From an uncultured Fibrobacterota bacterium (lineage in GTDB: Bacteria; Fibrobacterota; Chitinivibrionia; Chitinivibrionales; FEN-1185): a stretch of DNA of 64,000 nt. Shown in pieces: positions 9,759 to 18,855 of this stretch. The first letter of the stretch is position 1. The number at the start of each line of letters is the position of its first letter. The stretch is from NCBI GenBank assembly GCA_963729895.1, contig CAVSQB010000013.1, positions 5,051-69,050 of the forward strand. Reading direction: 5' to 3'. A program made the position numbers and the translations under genes. The notes under the pieces were generated by a model. It was not told the DNA's origin, did no database searches, and saw nothing but the letters and a program-made list of their open reading frames with translations.

Positions 9759-10136
9759 TCATTTCCAAATCGCATCATGAATCTCTTCCCAGGATACCAA
9801 TTTTCGTATAGCCCCTGACTTTTGCATCATAGTATTGCCTTTAGTAGAAGCAAGTCGCGCAGCTTTCAATAAATTTGAATTTACCTTTGTTGCTTCAATG
9901 AGCCAGAGCAGCATCTTCGGCTCAACGATATGGTTGTACGCAAACTTGGCATCATGATTTCCACCAGTTCTTCCGTAAGCGCCAGGGCCGTTGTATTCGT
10001 GCAACCAGCCAAGCCAATGTTCTTTCTGTGTTCGATACCAAACGTCTGGATTGTTATTAGGCTTGTCAGACGGCAATTGTCGAATTGCACGAATGAATTT
10101 GGCTATACTGATTTGTTTTTCCACAACCCTCTTCAT
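9759..10136 (-). CDS. Hypothetical protein, Trp-rich (WYRTQKEHWLGWL...GPGAYGR)
   Basis: 125-aa ORF, co-oriented with neighbours, protein-like composition. Confidence 0.65.
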   Translation of the reverse strand: MKRVVEKQISIAKFIRAIRQLPSDKPNNNPDVWYRTQKEHWLGWLHEYNGPGAYGRTGGNHDAKFAYNHIVEPKMLLWLIEATKVNSNLLKAARLASTKGNTMMQKSGAIRKLVSWEEIHDAIWK

Positions 10137-10503
10137 TTTTGAAGCATCCCACCGCGTGCGCGTGGTGCCCGGTCAAATCATCAATCCTTTACGAAAGCGT
10201 TAGAAGTCTGGTTGTTTTCAGTATACATTTTTCGCATTTCCGCGTCCAAATTTCACGGGTTATTCCTTGCCCTTACTGCTGTACACGCAAGATTGTCCGC
10301 CTTCACTATTTTCTCAGGGTGATTTTCCAAAGACCTTCAACATTAAATCTGTCCGAAGGGTTGGAACTACGGCTTTTCTCCCACCAGGAACCCTCAAAAA
10401 TCACTTTATCCTCGGTATGTAAAGTTGCCTCTCCTTCAATGGAAGACGTTACAGCCGTAAGATGATAATGGCCTTCTTTCTTTGCTTCACCAGCATAGAT
10501 ATA

Positions 10504-11404
10504 GGTGATTATAAAACATCTTGCACAGGAATTATCTTGTGCATATGGGCTTTAGTCAATTAGAAACCTTTGAATTCATAGGGAAAACTGAAAACAGGGC
10601 AAAATTGTTCCTCAGAAAGTTCTGTTGGAAAAATGGCCATGTTTTCTGCATCAATTGTAACAGCCATAAAATCTATCGTTTAAAAGGTAAAAAGTTCAGG
10701 TGCAAACGATGCGGAAATACCTTTCATGACTTCTCGAATCGGTGGATTGGTCAGTGCCGCGTCCCTCTGAAAAAGCTGCTGTGGATCATTAAGCTCTTTG
10801 AACTGGAAGTCTCAGCACGCAGGATAGCAACTCAGATCGGTTTGAGCTATCCCACGGTCTTGCGGATGTGTAATCTCATCCGAAGGGCCTTGATGGTCGC
10901 TGAAAGCGATTTCTGGCTCTCTGGAGAGGTTGAGCTCGATGAATCCTACTTCGGCGGCAGGCGTAAAGGTAAACGTGGCCGGGGTGCTGCCGGAAAGGTT
11001 CCCGTCTTTGGTATCCTGGAGAGACACGGAAAAGTGAAGGTGACAGTAGTAAAAAACGTCACTGCCGAAAGCCTGTTGACTGAGACTGTGAAAATGGTCA
11101 GACGAGGCTCCATCATTTACACTGACAAATTCCGCGGCTATGACGCCCTGATGTTCTGCGGTTATCGGCATTTGAGAGTCGACCATGGGAAAAGATTTGC
11201 CACAGGCAAAGTTTATATTAACGGTTTGGAAGGCTTCTGGAGCTATGCTAAGGAACGTCTTGCAAAGTTCCATGGAGTCTCCAAAGAATACTTTCCAGGG
11301 TATCTGAACGAAATGGCTTTTCGGTACAATCATCGTCATGAAAATTTCTTTGAAAAACTTGTCAAAATGATCACTAATTTGGTGCAAGATCCTTTATAAT
11401 TACC
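10504..11404 (+). mobile_element. IS1595-family insertion sequence, 901 bp
   Basis: 23-bp imperfect IRs (GGTGATTATAAAACATCTTGCAC vs GGTAATTATAAAGGATCTTGCAC); 8-bp TSD TAGATATA at 10496-10503 and 11405-11412. Confidence 0.95.
10545..11399 (+). CDS. IS1595-family transposase
   Basis: CxxC...CxxC Zn ribbon, HTH, ELDESYFGG, YTD, INGLEGFWS, FRYN. Confidence 0.95.
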   Translation: MGFSQLETFEFIGKTENRAKLFLRKFCWKNGHVFCINCNSHKIYRLKGKKFRCKRCGNTFHDFSNRWIGQCRVPLKKLLWIIKLFELEVSARRIATQIGLSYPTVLRMCNLIRRALMVAESDFWLSGEVELDESYFGGRRKGKRGRGAAGKVPVFGILERHGKVKVTVVKNVTAESLLTETVKMVRRGSIIYTDKFRGYDALMFCGYRHLRVDHGKRFATGKVYINGLEGFWSYAKERLAKFHGVSKEYFPGYLNEMAFRYNHRHENFFEKLVKMITNLVQDPL

Positions 11405-11689
11405 TAGATATAAGTTGCCTTTTGATAAACGTACTTGACTTCAATCCGATTCTCTATTAAAGTGACTATGCAATCGTCGCCTCTATATTGACCCTGGGTA
11501 GCTGAGATCATCTCACCTTTGAAGACTAATCTCTTTTGTGGTATCAAGGACTGTGGGCTTTTCGGCGAACGTGACGCCGGCGTTTTGAGCACGGCGCTTG
11601 CGAATCGGGTAAATGCCGCTGGTGTCTCGTTTCATTTGCGAACTCCTTGTTGTGTGCAGCTCTGATGTCCCGCTGTCTTGGGACATTTG

Positions 11690-11768
11690 ACTGATAGGAA
11701 GTTTGATTTTTCGCAAGCGGGTTGTCACTGAACTGATAGGAAGTTTGATTTTTCGCAAGCGGGTTGTC
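11690..11768. repeat. Tandem 37-bp duplication of an ISCR/IS91-type oriIS end
   Basis: ACTGATAGGAAGTTTGATTTTTCGCAAGCGGGTTGTC at 11690-11726 and 11732-11768; ATAGGAAGTT core resembles ISCR oriIS. Confidence 0.75.
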
Positions 11769-11854
11769 GTATAAGGAAGATTTTTTTGCGGAAGCTCAAT
11801 TCTTCCCCCACTTTCCCGCTTCCGTCGTCCGCATCTTGAACGGCCTCAAGGCAA

Positions 11855-11884
11855 AATATAGACATTGCCGGCCACAATTGTCAA
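11855..11884 (-). promoter_or_regulatory. Outward-facing sigma70-like promoter between the transposase and oriIS
   Basis: TTGACA-18 bp-TATATT on the - strand. Confidence 0.45.
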
Positions 11885-11939
11885 ATCCGGGAATACATGT
11901 CTCGTGGCTTCGGTGAAAGCAAAAAAATAGTCGGGGTTG

Positions 11940-13364
11940 TCAAGCGCAGGTCCGCTCGAAGAACTCATAATCGAGCGTAGGTTCTGCGGCGACGAGTGGC
12001 AGCTTCTCTTCCGGAGGCGGGCGCGGCGACTGTTCCTTCCAAAGACCACAGTGCTTCAGAATCTTCTGTATTATCGCGTCCTCATCGATGAATGAAATGA
12101 TCCTCATCTCACCTCCGCACTTCGGACATTTCAGCGGGTCTGCCTCGTAAACGCACTTGATGAGCGCAGCCCATGTCATGCGGCATTTTCGCCTGAAAGC
12201 GGTGTCAGGTTCAGGCTGTCCGGGAAGGGCAACAGGCTTCCCGTCCTTCTCACGCATCCCCCGTTTCTTGTTCGAGTAAAAACCGTAATACCTGATCTGG
12301 TGCTCGCCCTTATTGGGAATATGCTGCGTGACTTCTGCTAAAAAGTCGAGCGGGTCAAACACCTCGAAGTTTCTGGGTATGCCTTCCATGAGCGTCTGGA
12401 TCGGCGGCGTGCAGCGCTCCGGCAAAACAGGGTCGCCTGTGTGCGGGAACGGGAAGCACTTCCCCTTTGATGCGCGGTACACTATCCTGCCGTCGGCATT
12501 GAGCGTGACCATGCGGGCGAGGCTGAACGGGCACCGGGAGATGTACTCCACCAGACGCTGCATGCCTTCGTGGTCGCCCGCCTCAATCCGAACGGAGTTG
12601 TCGACATTGAACCCGCTGTGTTTCCACTGCCGCATGTTTGCCGCAGTGTCCAGGTCTATCTTGAACTCATCAAGCAGCAGATCAAAAACCTTCTCCTGCC
12701 AGATGTCGGCCGCCCTGTGCCGCCAGATGTCGGGAATGTGCACAAAGTGCCCCGTGTCCGTGAATACGCCCTCGGGCACGATGGCGTGGATATGGGAATG
12801 CCAGTGTATGAGATCGCCGAACGTCTGCACCGCGCCTACCATTGCGGGAACGCCGCAATCTCCGTCGATCTCCAGCGCGTAAACGTCGCATACCGTATCA
12901 TAGGCAGCGCGGCAGAGCTTGCCCAAAAGGCTCCGGTCGTAGCGAAAGTAAACCCGCAGCCGCTTCGGAATGGTAAAAACCCATTGGAGATGCGGCACTT
13001 CGGCAAGCACCTCCTCCTTGAGCCGATGGCCCAGCAGCAAGGCCCGCTTCTGATCGCAGGATGGACAGCACGACCGCTGGCGGCAGGAGAACGCGACAAA
13101 AAATTCTTCCCCGCAGTCCTTGCACCTGACGCGAGCGAAACCTTCTTTGAGATCGCCGCATTTGAGGAACTTTTCGATGGACGAGCGAATCACCGGTCGC
13201 CAAAAGCCGTATCGCTGCTGATAACGTTCCGGGTACACACGCTCGAAATCGTCAAAGCAATCGCGCACAACCTTGAAAAACGGCGAGGCATCATGGTCAC
13301 GCGGACGGTAGAACTTGCGGGGCAGGCCATACGTGCGGGTCTGAGTCAACCGCATCGGTATCAT
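11940..13364 (-). CDS. IS91/ISCR-like rolling-circle (HUH) transposase
   Basis: CKDC..FSCRQRSCCPSC Zn domain; WVFTIPKRLR; HWHSHIH HUH motif; HSGFNVD; RLVEYISR; IRYYGFYSN; CPKCGGEM; exact start uncertain. Confidence 0.92.
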   Translation of the reverse strand: MIPMRLTQTRTYGLPRKFYRPRDHDASPFFKVVRDCFDDFERVYPERYQQRYGFWRPVIRSSIEKFLKCGDLKEGFARVRCKDCGEEFFVAFSCRQRSCCPSCDQKRALLLGHRLKEEVLAEVPHLQWVFTIPKRLRVYFRYDRSLLGKLCRAAYDTVCDVYALEIDGDCGVPAMVGAVQTFGDLIHWHSHIHAIVPEGVFTDTGHFVHIPDIWRHRAADIWQEKVFDLLLDEFKIDLDTAANMRQWKHSGFNVDNSVRIEAGDHEGMQRLVEYISRCPFSLARMVTLNADGRIVYRASKGKCFPFPHTGDPVLPERCTPPIQTLMEGIPRNFEVFDPLDFLAEVTQHIPNKGEHQIRYYGFYSNKKRGMREKDGKPVALPGQPEPDTAFRRKCRMTWAALIKCVYEADPLKCPKCGGEMRIISFIDEDAIIQKILKHCGLWKEQSPRPPPEEKLPLVAAEPTLDYEFFERTCA

Positions 13365-13479
13365 AAACTTTACTATCTATGATTTGCTTCATAGGTATAA
13401 CCTCCTTCTCCTTTAGATTCAAGAAATCGGTACACATAACTGTGACAGTTTTCAGTATACATTTCCTTGGTGTTCAATG

Positions 13480-14037
13480 CTATTTCTTCCCCTTCCCGAA
13501 CCCCATCTTTTTCCCATCATCCGGGGAATAGTGCTTCACTGACGCAATCTGCGGCACCGGTTTCGACTGAAAAAGGCTTTCCAACGCGTCAAAGGCAATC
13601 TGTATCTGCCGGTCATGGATATTGAGCCGCTTTTCGATATTCACAATGGCCTTCCGCACTTCCGAATTATCCGCCACGAGGTTTCGTATCCGAACAAGGG
13701 CGCGCATGATTTGAATATTAATTGTCACCGCCCGTTCGGAATTCAAAACCGATGATAACATAGCGACACCTTGCTCAGTAAATGCGAACGGCAATTATTT
13801 AATATTCTGGCCTCGCTTCAAGGTCACAAATTGTGACCTTAATGATTCCGCCTCATCTAAGGTCAGCTGAAACATGAAATCCTCTGGAAACCTTCCAATA
13901 TTCCGCTTTACCGCTTGATTAAGCGCCTTGGTCTGCACGTCGTACAGTTCCGCAAGGTCTCTATCAAGAATGACTTTTTTCCCCCTGATAAGATGAATCC
14001 GGCTTTCTATTGAAACCTGTGGTATGATTTCTTGCAT
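13480..14037 (-). pseudogene. ORF6N-domain DNA-binding protein with an in-frame premature TAA
   Basis: [16 protein letters not shown]...[10 protein letters not shown]...GQNIK*LPFAFTEQGVAMLSSVL; TAA at 13797-13795 replaces the usual Tyr of KYLPxAFTEQG. Confidence 0.85.
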
Positions 14038-14268
14038 TATGACAATCCTTTCTTTTCAAGTGAAAAATATAGATTCCGTCCGCTCTTGAACAAAGCGCGG
14101 CAACGGCCTTAAAACCGCGCCAGGCTTCGGACGTGCAAACGGTCGCCCAGCCTGCCGATCCGCTGTTAGCCGCGCGCCCGTGTCTCGTTCATCCAAACAA
14201 AACAGGAAATTGAATTATTCTTTTTGTGTGTTGATACCCGTGGATTTTTGAAGTGGTTTTTCCGGCAA

Positions 14269-14312
14269 AGTGTACCAATGAGTGTACCAATTTACTTGTA
14301 CAGTGTACCAAT
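14269..14312. repeat. Three AGTGTACCAAT direct repeats (integrase arm-type sites)
   Basis: Exact copies at 14269, 14281 and 14302, about 115-160 bp from the tRNA 3' end. Confidence 0.7.
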
Positions 14313-14367
14313 TTTCGTACTATTTGGTAGTATTTTGGAGATTGAAATTGATAGGAGGAGAATAAAA

Positions 14368-14420
14368 AAAGGCTCTAAAAACGTTGAAATTAGCTTGATT
14401 TCGCGGTATTTAGAGCCTTT
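14368..14420 (-). terminator. Stem-loop downstream of tRNA-Ala (terminator or att-associated)
   Basis: 12-bp IR AAAGGCTCTAAA/TTTAGAGCCTTT followed by a T-run on the - strand. Confidence 0.6.
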
Positions 14421-14427
14421 ATTAAAG

Positions 14428-14500
14428 TGGAGCTGGTCGGGATCGAACCGACGACCCCCAGACTGCCAGCCTGATGCTCTCCCAACTGAGCTACAGCCCC
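14428..14500 (-). tRNA. tRNA-Ala(GGC), CCA not encoded
   Basis: GGGGCTG/CAGCTCC acceptor stem with G3:U70; TAGCTCAGTTGGGAGAGC D arm; loop CTGGCAG; GGTTCGATCC T arm; upstream TTGACT-17-TAATTT. Confidence 0.96.
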
Positions 14501-14649
14501 ACTAAAATTCTTTTTAGAAATTACTTCTGAGGACGGACAAAGTCAAACTCTTTTCCCGAGACGCGGCATTGCGTTGCGCTCCTCACAGTGAATCTTGGTT
14601 CCGGAAGATCAACCGCAGATTGCAATAAATGGCTTCGTGATGAAACTTC

Positions 14650-16368
14650 CTACAGGTGTTTCTTTTGTATCTTCGCCCAGGTGTCTTTGAGCGATACGGT
14701 CCTGTTGAACACCAGATTTCCCGGTTTGCAATCCACACTGTCGGCGCAGAAATAGCCTACCCTCTCGAACTGGTACTTATCGCCCGCCTTCGCGCTCGCC
14801 AAGCCCGGTTCCAATCGGACATTCTTCACAACACGCAAGGATTTTTCATTAATGATAGACTTGAAATCCATGCCTTCCGGAACATCGTTCGGATCTTCTT
14901 TGGCGAGAAGATAGTCGTACAACCGCACTTCCGCGGGAACGGAATGTTCGGCCGACACCCAGTGCATTGTTGACTTAGGCGACCTTCCATCCGGCGACGA
15001 ACCGCCGCGCGTGGCGGGGTCGTAGGTGCAGTGGAGCGCGGTGATCTCCCCCGTCGCCGAATCTTTGTCCACGCCCGTGCAGGTGATGAAATACGCGTAG
15101 CGCAACCGCACCTCGCGTCCGGGTGAGAGCCGGAAAAACTTTTTGGGCGGGTCCGCCATAAAATCGTCCTTTTCGATAAAAAGGGTCTTTGAAAAAGGAA
15201 CATTTCGGCCGCCCATCGACGGGTCTTCGGGATTGTTCACCGCGTCAAGCTCCTCAACCCGTCCTTCAGGATAATTGTCGATGATCACTTTGAGCGGGTT
15301 GAGCACTGCCATGACGCGCGGCGCCCGTTTGTTAAGATCCTCCCGCACGCAATGTTCGAGCAGCGCCACTTCCACCATGCTGTCGCGCTTGGCAACTCCG
15401 ATTTTCTCGCAGAAGTTGCGGATCGCTTCGGGCGTATACCCTCTGCGCCGCATGCCGCATATCGTGGGCATGCGCGGATCGTCCCAGCCGTCAACCAAAC
15501 CTTCCTGCACGAGTTCCAGCAGTTTGCGCTTGCTCATGACCGTGTAGGTAAGGTTAAGCCGGGCAAATTCGATTTGCCGCGGCACGCACGGCACGGGGGC
15601 CTGCCTCAGGAACCAGTCGTACAGCGGCCGGTGGTTCTCGAATTCGAGCGAACATAACGAATATGTAACGCCTTCTATGGCGTCTTCGTTGCCTTGTGCC
15701 CAGTCGTACATCGGGTAGATGCACCACGCGTCGCCCTGGCGATGGTGCGGCTTCTTGACAATGCGGTACATCGCGGGATCGCGCAAGTTAAGGTTGGGCG
15801 ATGCCATGTCGATTTTGGCGCGCAGGGTGCGCGACCCGTCTTCGAACTCCCCTTTGCGCATGCGTTCGAACAGGTCGAGATTCTCCTCAATGGACCGGTT
15901 GCGGTACGGGCTGTCCTTACCGGGTTGTGTCAGCGTGCCCCGATACTCCCGCATTTGGTCTGCGTTGAGATCGCACACGTACGCTTTGCCGGCCTTGATC
16001 ATGTACACGGCCCATTCGTACATTTGTTGAAAGTAGTCGGAAGCATAGTACAGGTGTTTGCCCCAATCGTAGCCAAGCCATCTAACGTCGCGCTGAATGG
16101 CTTCCACGTATTCCTGATCTTCCTTACTTGGGTTGGTGTCGTCGTAACGCAAATGGCACTCGCCGCCGAATTCCATTGCCATCCCAAAGTCGATGCTTAT
16201 GGCCTTGGCGTGGCCGATATGCAAATAGCCGTTAGGTTCGGGCGGGAACCGGGTCACCACATTCTTCGTCTTGCCGGACGCAATGTCTTCCAGAATGAAA
16301 TCGCGGATGAAGTTGGCTGGTTTTTCGGCTTGCAGTTCAGGATAGTCTCTTCTGATGTCTTCCGTCAT
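14650..16368 (-). CDS. glnS: Glutamine--tRNA ligase
   Basis: [30 protein letters not shown]. Confidence 0.97.
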   Translation of the reverse strand: MTEDIRRDYPELQAEKPANFIRDFILEDIASGKTKNVVTRFPPEPNGYLHIGHAKAISIDFGMAMEFGGECHLRYDDTNPSKEDQEYVEAIQRDVRWLGYDWGKHLYYASDYFQQMYEWAVYMIKAGKAYVCDLNADQMREYRGTLTQPGKDSPYRNRSIEENLDLFERMRKGEFEDGSRTLRAKIDMASPNLNLRDPAMYRIVKKPHHRQGDAWCIYPMYDWAQGNEDAIEGVTYSLCSLEFENHRPLYDWFLRQAPVPCVPRQIEFARLNLTYTVMSKRKLLELVQEGLVDGWDDPRMPTICGMRRRGYTPEAIRNFCEKIGVAKRDSMVEVALLEHCVREDLNKRAPRVMAVLNPLKVIIDNYPEGRVEELDAVNNPEDPSMGGRNVPFSKTLFIEKDDFMADPPKKFFRLSPGREVRLRYAYFITCTGVDKDSATGEITALHCTYDPATRGGSSPDGRSPKSTMHWVSAEHSVPAEVRLYDYLLAKEDPNDVPEGMDFKSIINEKSLRVVKNVRLEPGLASAKAGDKYQFERVGYFCADSVDCKPGNLVFNRTVSLKDTWAKIQKKHL

Positions 16369-16378
16369 GGGTACCTCT

Positions 16379-17848
16379 TTAATTGATTTTGCTGATTGCC
16401 GTTTTGATTCGCCGAGTGACGGCCTCTTTGCCGAGCAATTCCATCATTTCGAACAACCCCGGCCCAAAGCTCACGCCGCTGACGGCGAGGCGCGTCGGAT
16501 GAACAAGCTCGCCTATGGAGATTCCGGTTCGCGCCGCGTGCCCGCGATACAACGCATCGATTTCTTCATGCGTAAAATTCTCCATCGCCTCGAGCTTCCC
16601 GAGAAGCTCCCGCAGCACCGAGCCGGTTCCCGTTTTGAAATGCTTTCGAACCGCCTTTTCTTCGTACGTTTCCGGATCTTTGAAAAAGTACACCGAGTTG
16701 TCGGCAATCTCGTTTATGCGTTTGGATCTGTCTTTGAACATTTTAATCACCGAAAGCAAGTAGTGATCGTTGTCGTGGCTACCTGCAGAAACCATCCCTT
16801 TTTCTTTCCAGAGCCCGATTACCTCCGGGGCCAGGCGCTCAGCCGTGGATTCCATAAGGTAAAGTCCGTTCATCCAGTCGAGTTTTTGTTCGTCGAGCAC
16901 GGCCCCTTTGGGCGATATCTGTTCTATGGCAAAAGCATCGACAATGTCCTGCCTCGACATCTTCTCCCGCATGTCGCCACCGCCGGGTGACCAGCCGAGC
17001 AGGGCAAGAAAATTGAACAGCGCGTCCGAAAGTATTCCCCGGTTCTTGTAGTCCATGACCGACGCGGCACCCTTGCGTTTCGAAAGCTTGCCGCCCGATG
17101 GATCGAGAATCACGGGCATGTGAGCAAAGTGCGGCGGAGCCCAGCCGAAGGCTTCGTACAGTAAAATGTGACGCGGGGTCGAGGAAATCCATTCGTCACC
17201 GCGGAGCACATGCGATATCTTCATTTCGTGATCGTCAACTACATTAGCCAGATGATACGTTGGAAAACCATCCGACTTGAGAATCACCAGATCATCGAGT
17301 ACCTCGGTTTTATACTCGATGGCGCCGCGGATCATGTCGGTGAACACAACCGTGCGGTCCTCGGGAACTTTAAAGCGCACCACGAAGGATTTTCCCTCGC
17401 CGAACAGCCGCTGCTGCTCCTCCCGGGACAGGTTCCGGCAATGCCTGTCGTAGCCGGTAAGCATTTTGGCCTTTTCGCGGGCGAGCCTCACCTCCTCAAG
17501 ACGGGCCGCGGTGCAAAAACATCGGTATGCATGCCCTTTGTCAAGCAGTTCCCCAGCATACCGTTCGTAAAGCGCCAGGCGCTCCGACTGCACATACGGA
17601 CCCGCCGGGCCGCCCGCCTCCGGCCCTTCGTCCCACCAAAGCCCCAGCCAGTTGAGGCTCTGGTAAATCTCGGCAAGCGCGCCCTCAACAAACCTTGTTC
17701 TGTCCGTATCTTCGATACGGAGAATGAACGTGCCGCCGGTGTGCTTTGCGTAAAGAAAGTTGAACAAAGCCGTGCGTGCACCGCCGACATGCAAATATCC
17801 GGTCGGAGAAGGGGCAAATCGGACACGGACGGGTGGAGGCATTGTCAT
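16379..17848 (-). CDS. gltX: Glutamate--tRNA ligase
   Basis: [31 protein letters not shown]; start moved to MTMPPP. Confidence 0.96.
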   Translation of the reverse strand: MTMPPPVRVRFAPSPTGYLHVGGARTALFNFLYAKHTGGTFILRIEDTDRTRFVEGALAEIYQSLNWLGLWWDEGPEAGGPAGPYVQSERLALYERYAGELLDKGHAYRCFCTAARLEEVRLAREKAKMLTGYDRHCRNLSREEQQRLFGEGKSFVVRFKVPEDRTVVFTDMIRGAIEYKTEVLDDLVILKSDGFPTYHLANVVDDHEMKISHVLRGDEWISSTPRHILLYEAFGWAPPHFAHMPVILDPSGGKLSKRKGAASVMDYKNRGILSDALFNFLALLGWSPGGGDMREKMSRQDIVDAFAIEQISPKGAVLDEQKLDWMNGLYLMESTAERLAPEVIGLWKEKGMVSAGSHDNDHYLLSVIKMFKDRSKRINEIADNSVYFFKDPETYEEKAVRKHFKTGTGSVLRELLGKLEAMENFTHEEIDALYRGHAARTGISIGELVHPTRLAVSGVSFGPGLFEMMELLGKEAVTRRIKTAISKIN

Positions 17849-17882
17849 TCCCTGTGAAAGCATCTCTCGTGCTCGTGCGAAA

Positions 17883-18845
17883 TCACGCCCTGGCATTCGG
17901 GTTGACCACAACCAGGATCTTTCCCAGCCGTGCGACCGCTTTTTTTCCGAACACATGTTTGAATTCGTCAAGTTTGTTCTTCATGTATTCCGTTTTCCCG
18001 TGGCAATCTTGTTTGAAGGCGGTCAATTCCCTGCGTTTTTTGGAGAATTGGCGCAATTCACCGAGCACGTGCGCCTTGAGCAGCGACAGCATTGTCATGG
18101 TGGAATTATCCGCCCGCCTCGCATCCAAAAAATCAAGGGCCTCGGTAAATTGTTTTTCTCTGCACAAATGATATGCCTTTATCACAATTTCAATCTCATT
18201 GAATCTCTTGTTGATGAAGGTCAGCCGCTTGCGGAGCAGTTCCACATCCAGATGCGGCTGCTGCGTTTCGTAATGCGTGATAAGCTTATGCAAGGCCTGG
18301 ATGTTGTCCGGATCGCGCGACAACAGGTCTTCGAGGCCCGCTTCCTCCTTCTCAAAATCGCCTTGCTGTTCATACAGATCGGCAAGCTTGAGACGGGAAA
18401 AATAGTTGCCGGGTTCAAGAGTTATTTCCCGCTCGAGGCACTTGACCGCATTCTTGCCATCGCCCAATTCCAAGTAGGATGTCGCGAGATTGTGATACGG
18501 CATGGCATAACGGCCAAAGACCGAGCATGCTTTCTTGAACCACCCGATGCTCTGCCGGAAACACCCCACATATTGGTTCACCTCGCCTATCAGAATGTAG
18601 ATGTCCGCCAGATCGCGGCGATCCTCTTCGTTCTTATTTTTCATTGCCTCGAAGAACGCCGCGACACGTCTGAGTGCGCCCGTGGCCGCCTTGCATTTTC
18701 CGCCTATACAAAGGGCATAAGTCCTGTTTTCAATAAACTCCGAGACATCCTTAAAATCGACGGATTTGGCGATTACAAGCTCGCAAAGCTGGGCGAGAGA
18801 CAATTCCTCGTATGTGTTGATGGACGCTATTTTCAATGCCGTCAT
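17883..18845 (-). CDS. Tetratricopeptide-repeat protein
   Basis: TPR-like helices (PYHNLATSYLELGDGKNAVKCLEREITLEPGN). Confidence 0.8.
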   Translation of the reverse strand: MTALKIASINTYEELSLAQLCELVIAKSVDFKDVSEFIENRTYALCIGGKCKAATGALRRVAAFFEAMKNKNEEDRRDLADIYILIGEVNQYVGCFRQSIGWFKKACSVFGRYAMPYHNLATSYLELGDGKNAVKCLEREITLEPGNYFSRLKLADLYEQQGDFEKEEAGLEDLLSRDPDNIQALHKLITHYETQQPHLDVELLRKRLTFINKRFNEIEIVIKAYHLCREKQFTEALDFLDARRADNSTMTMLSLLKAHVLGELRQFSKKRRELTAFKQDCHGKTEYMKNKLDEFKHVFGKKAVARLGKILVVVNPNARA

Positions 18846-18855
18846 GATGAAATGT

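Larger units (their letters stand above)
10306..11511 (-). pseudogene. 98-aa hypothetical gene interrupted by IS1595
   Basis: Removing the IS and one TSD copy rejoins MISATQG...KATYI to YAGEAKKEGHY...WKITLRK* in frame (297 nt); RBS-like AAAGGTGAG. Confidence 0.8.
1..14427 (-). mobile_element. Integrative element/genomic island (satellite- or IME-like) at the 3' end of tRNA-Ala; left end lies outside the window
   Basis: Abuts tRNA 3' end; arm-type repeats at 14269-14312; primase-helicase, HTH, R-M, IS cargo; visibly more AT-rich than the core; all non-IS genes co-oriented on the - strand. Confidence 0.8.

Noticed and set aside
10140-10206. Second attC-like site (TTCTAAC... on the - strand) before the 125-aa gene
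   Set aside because: No complementary GTT box or convincing stem
11690-11768. 37-bp repeat as a mini CRISPR array
   Set aside because: Only two copies 5 bp apart, no spacer, no cas genes; better explained as oriIS
13795-13797. Stop-codon recoding in ORF6N
   Set aside because: The codon is TAA, which is a normal stop in many genes here; single case
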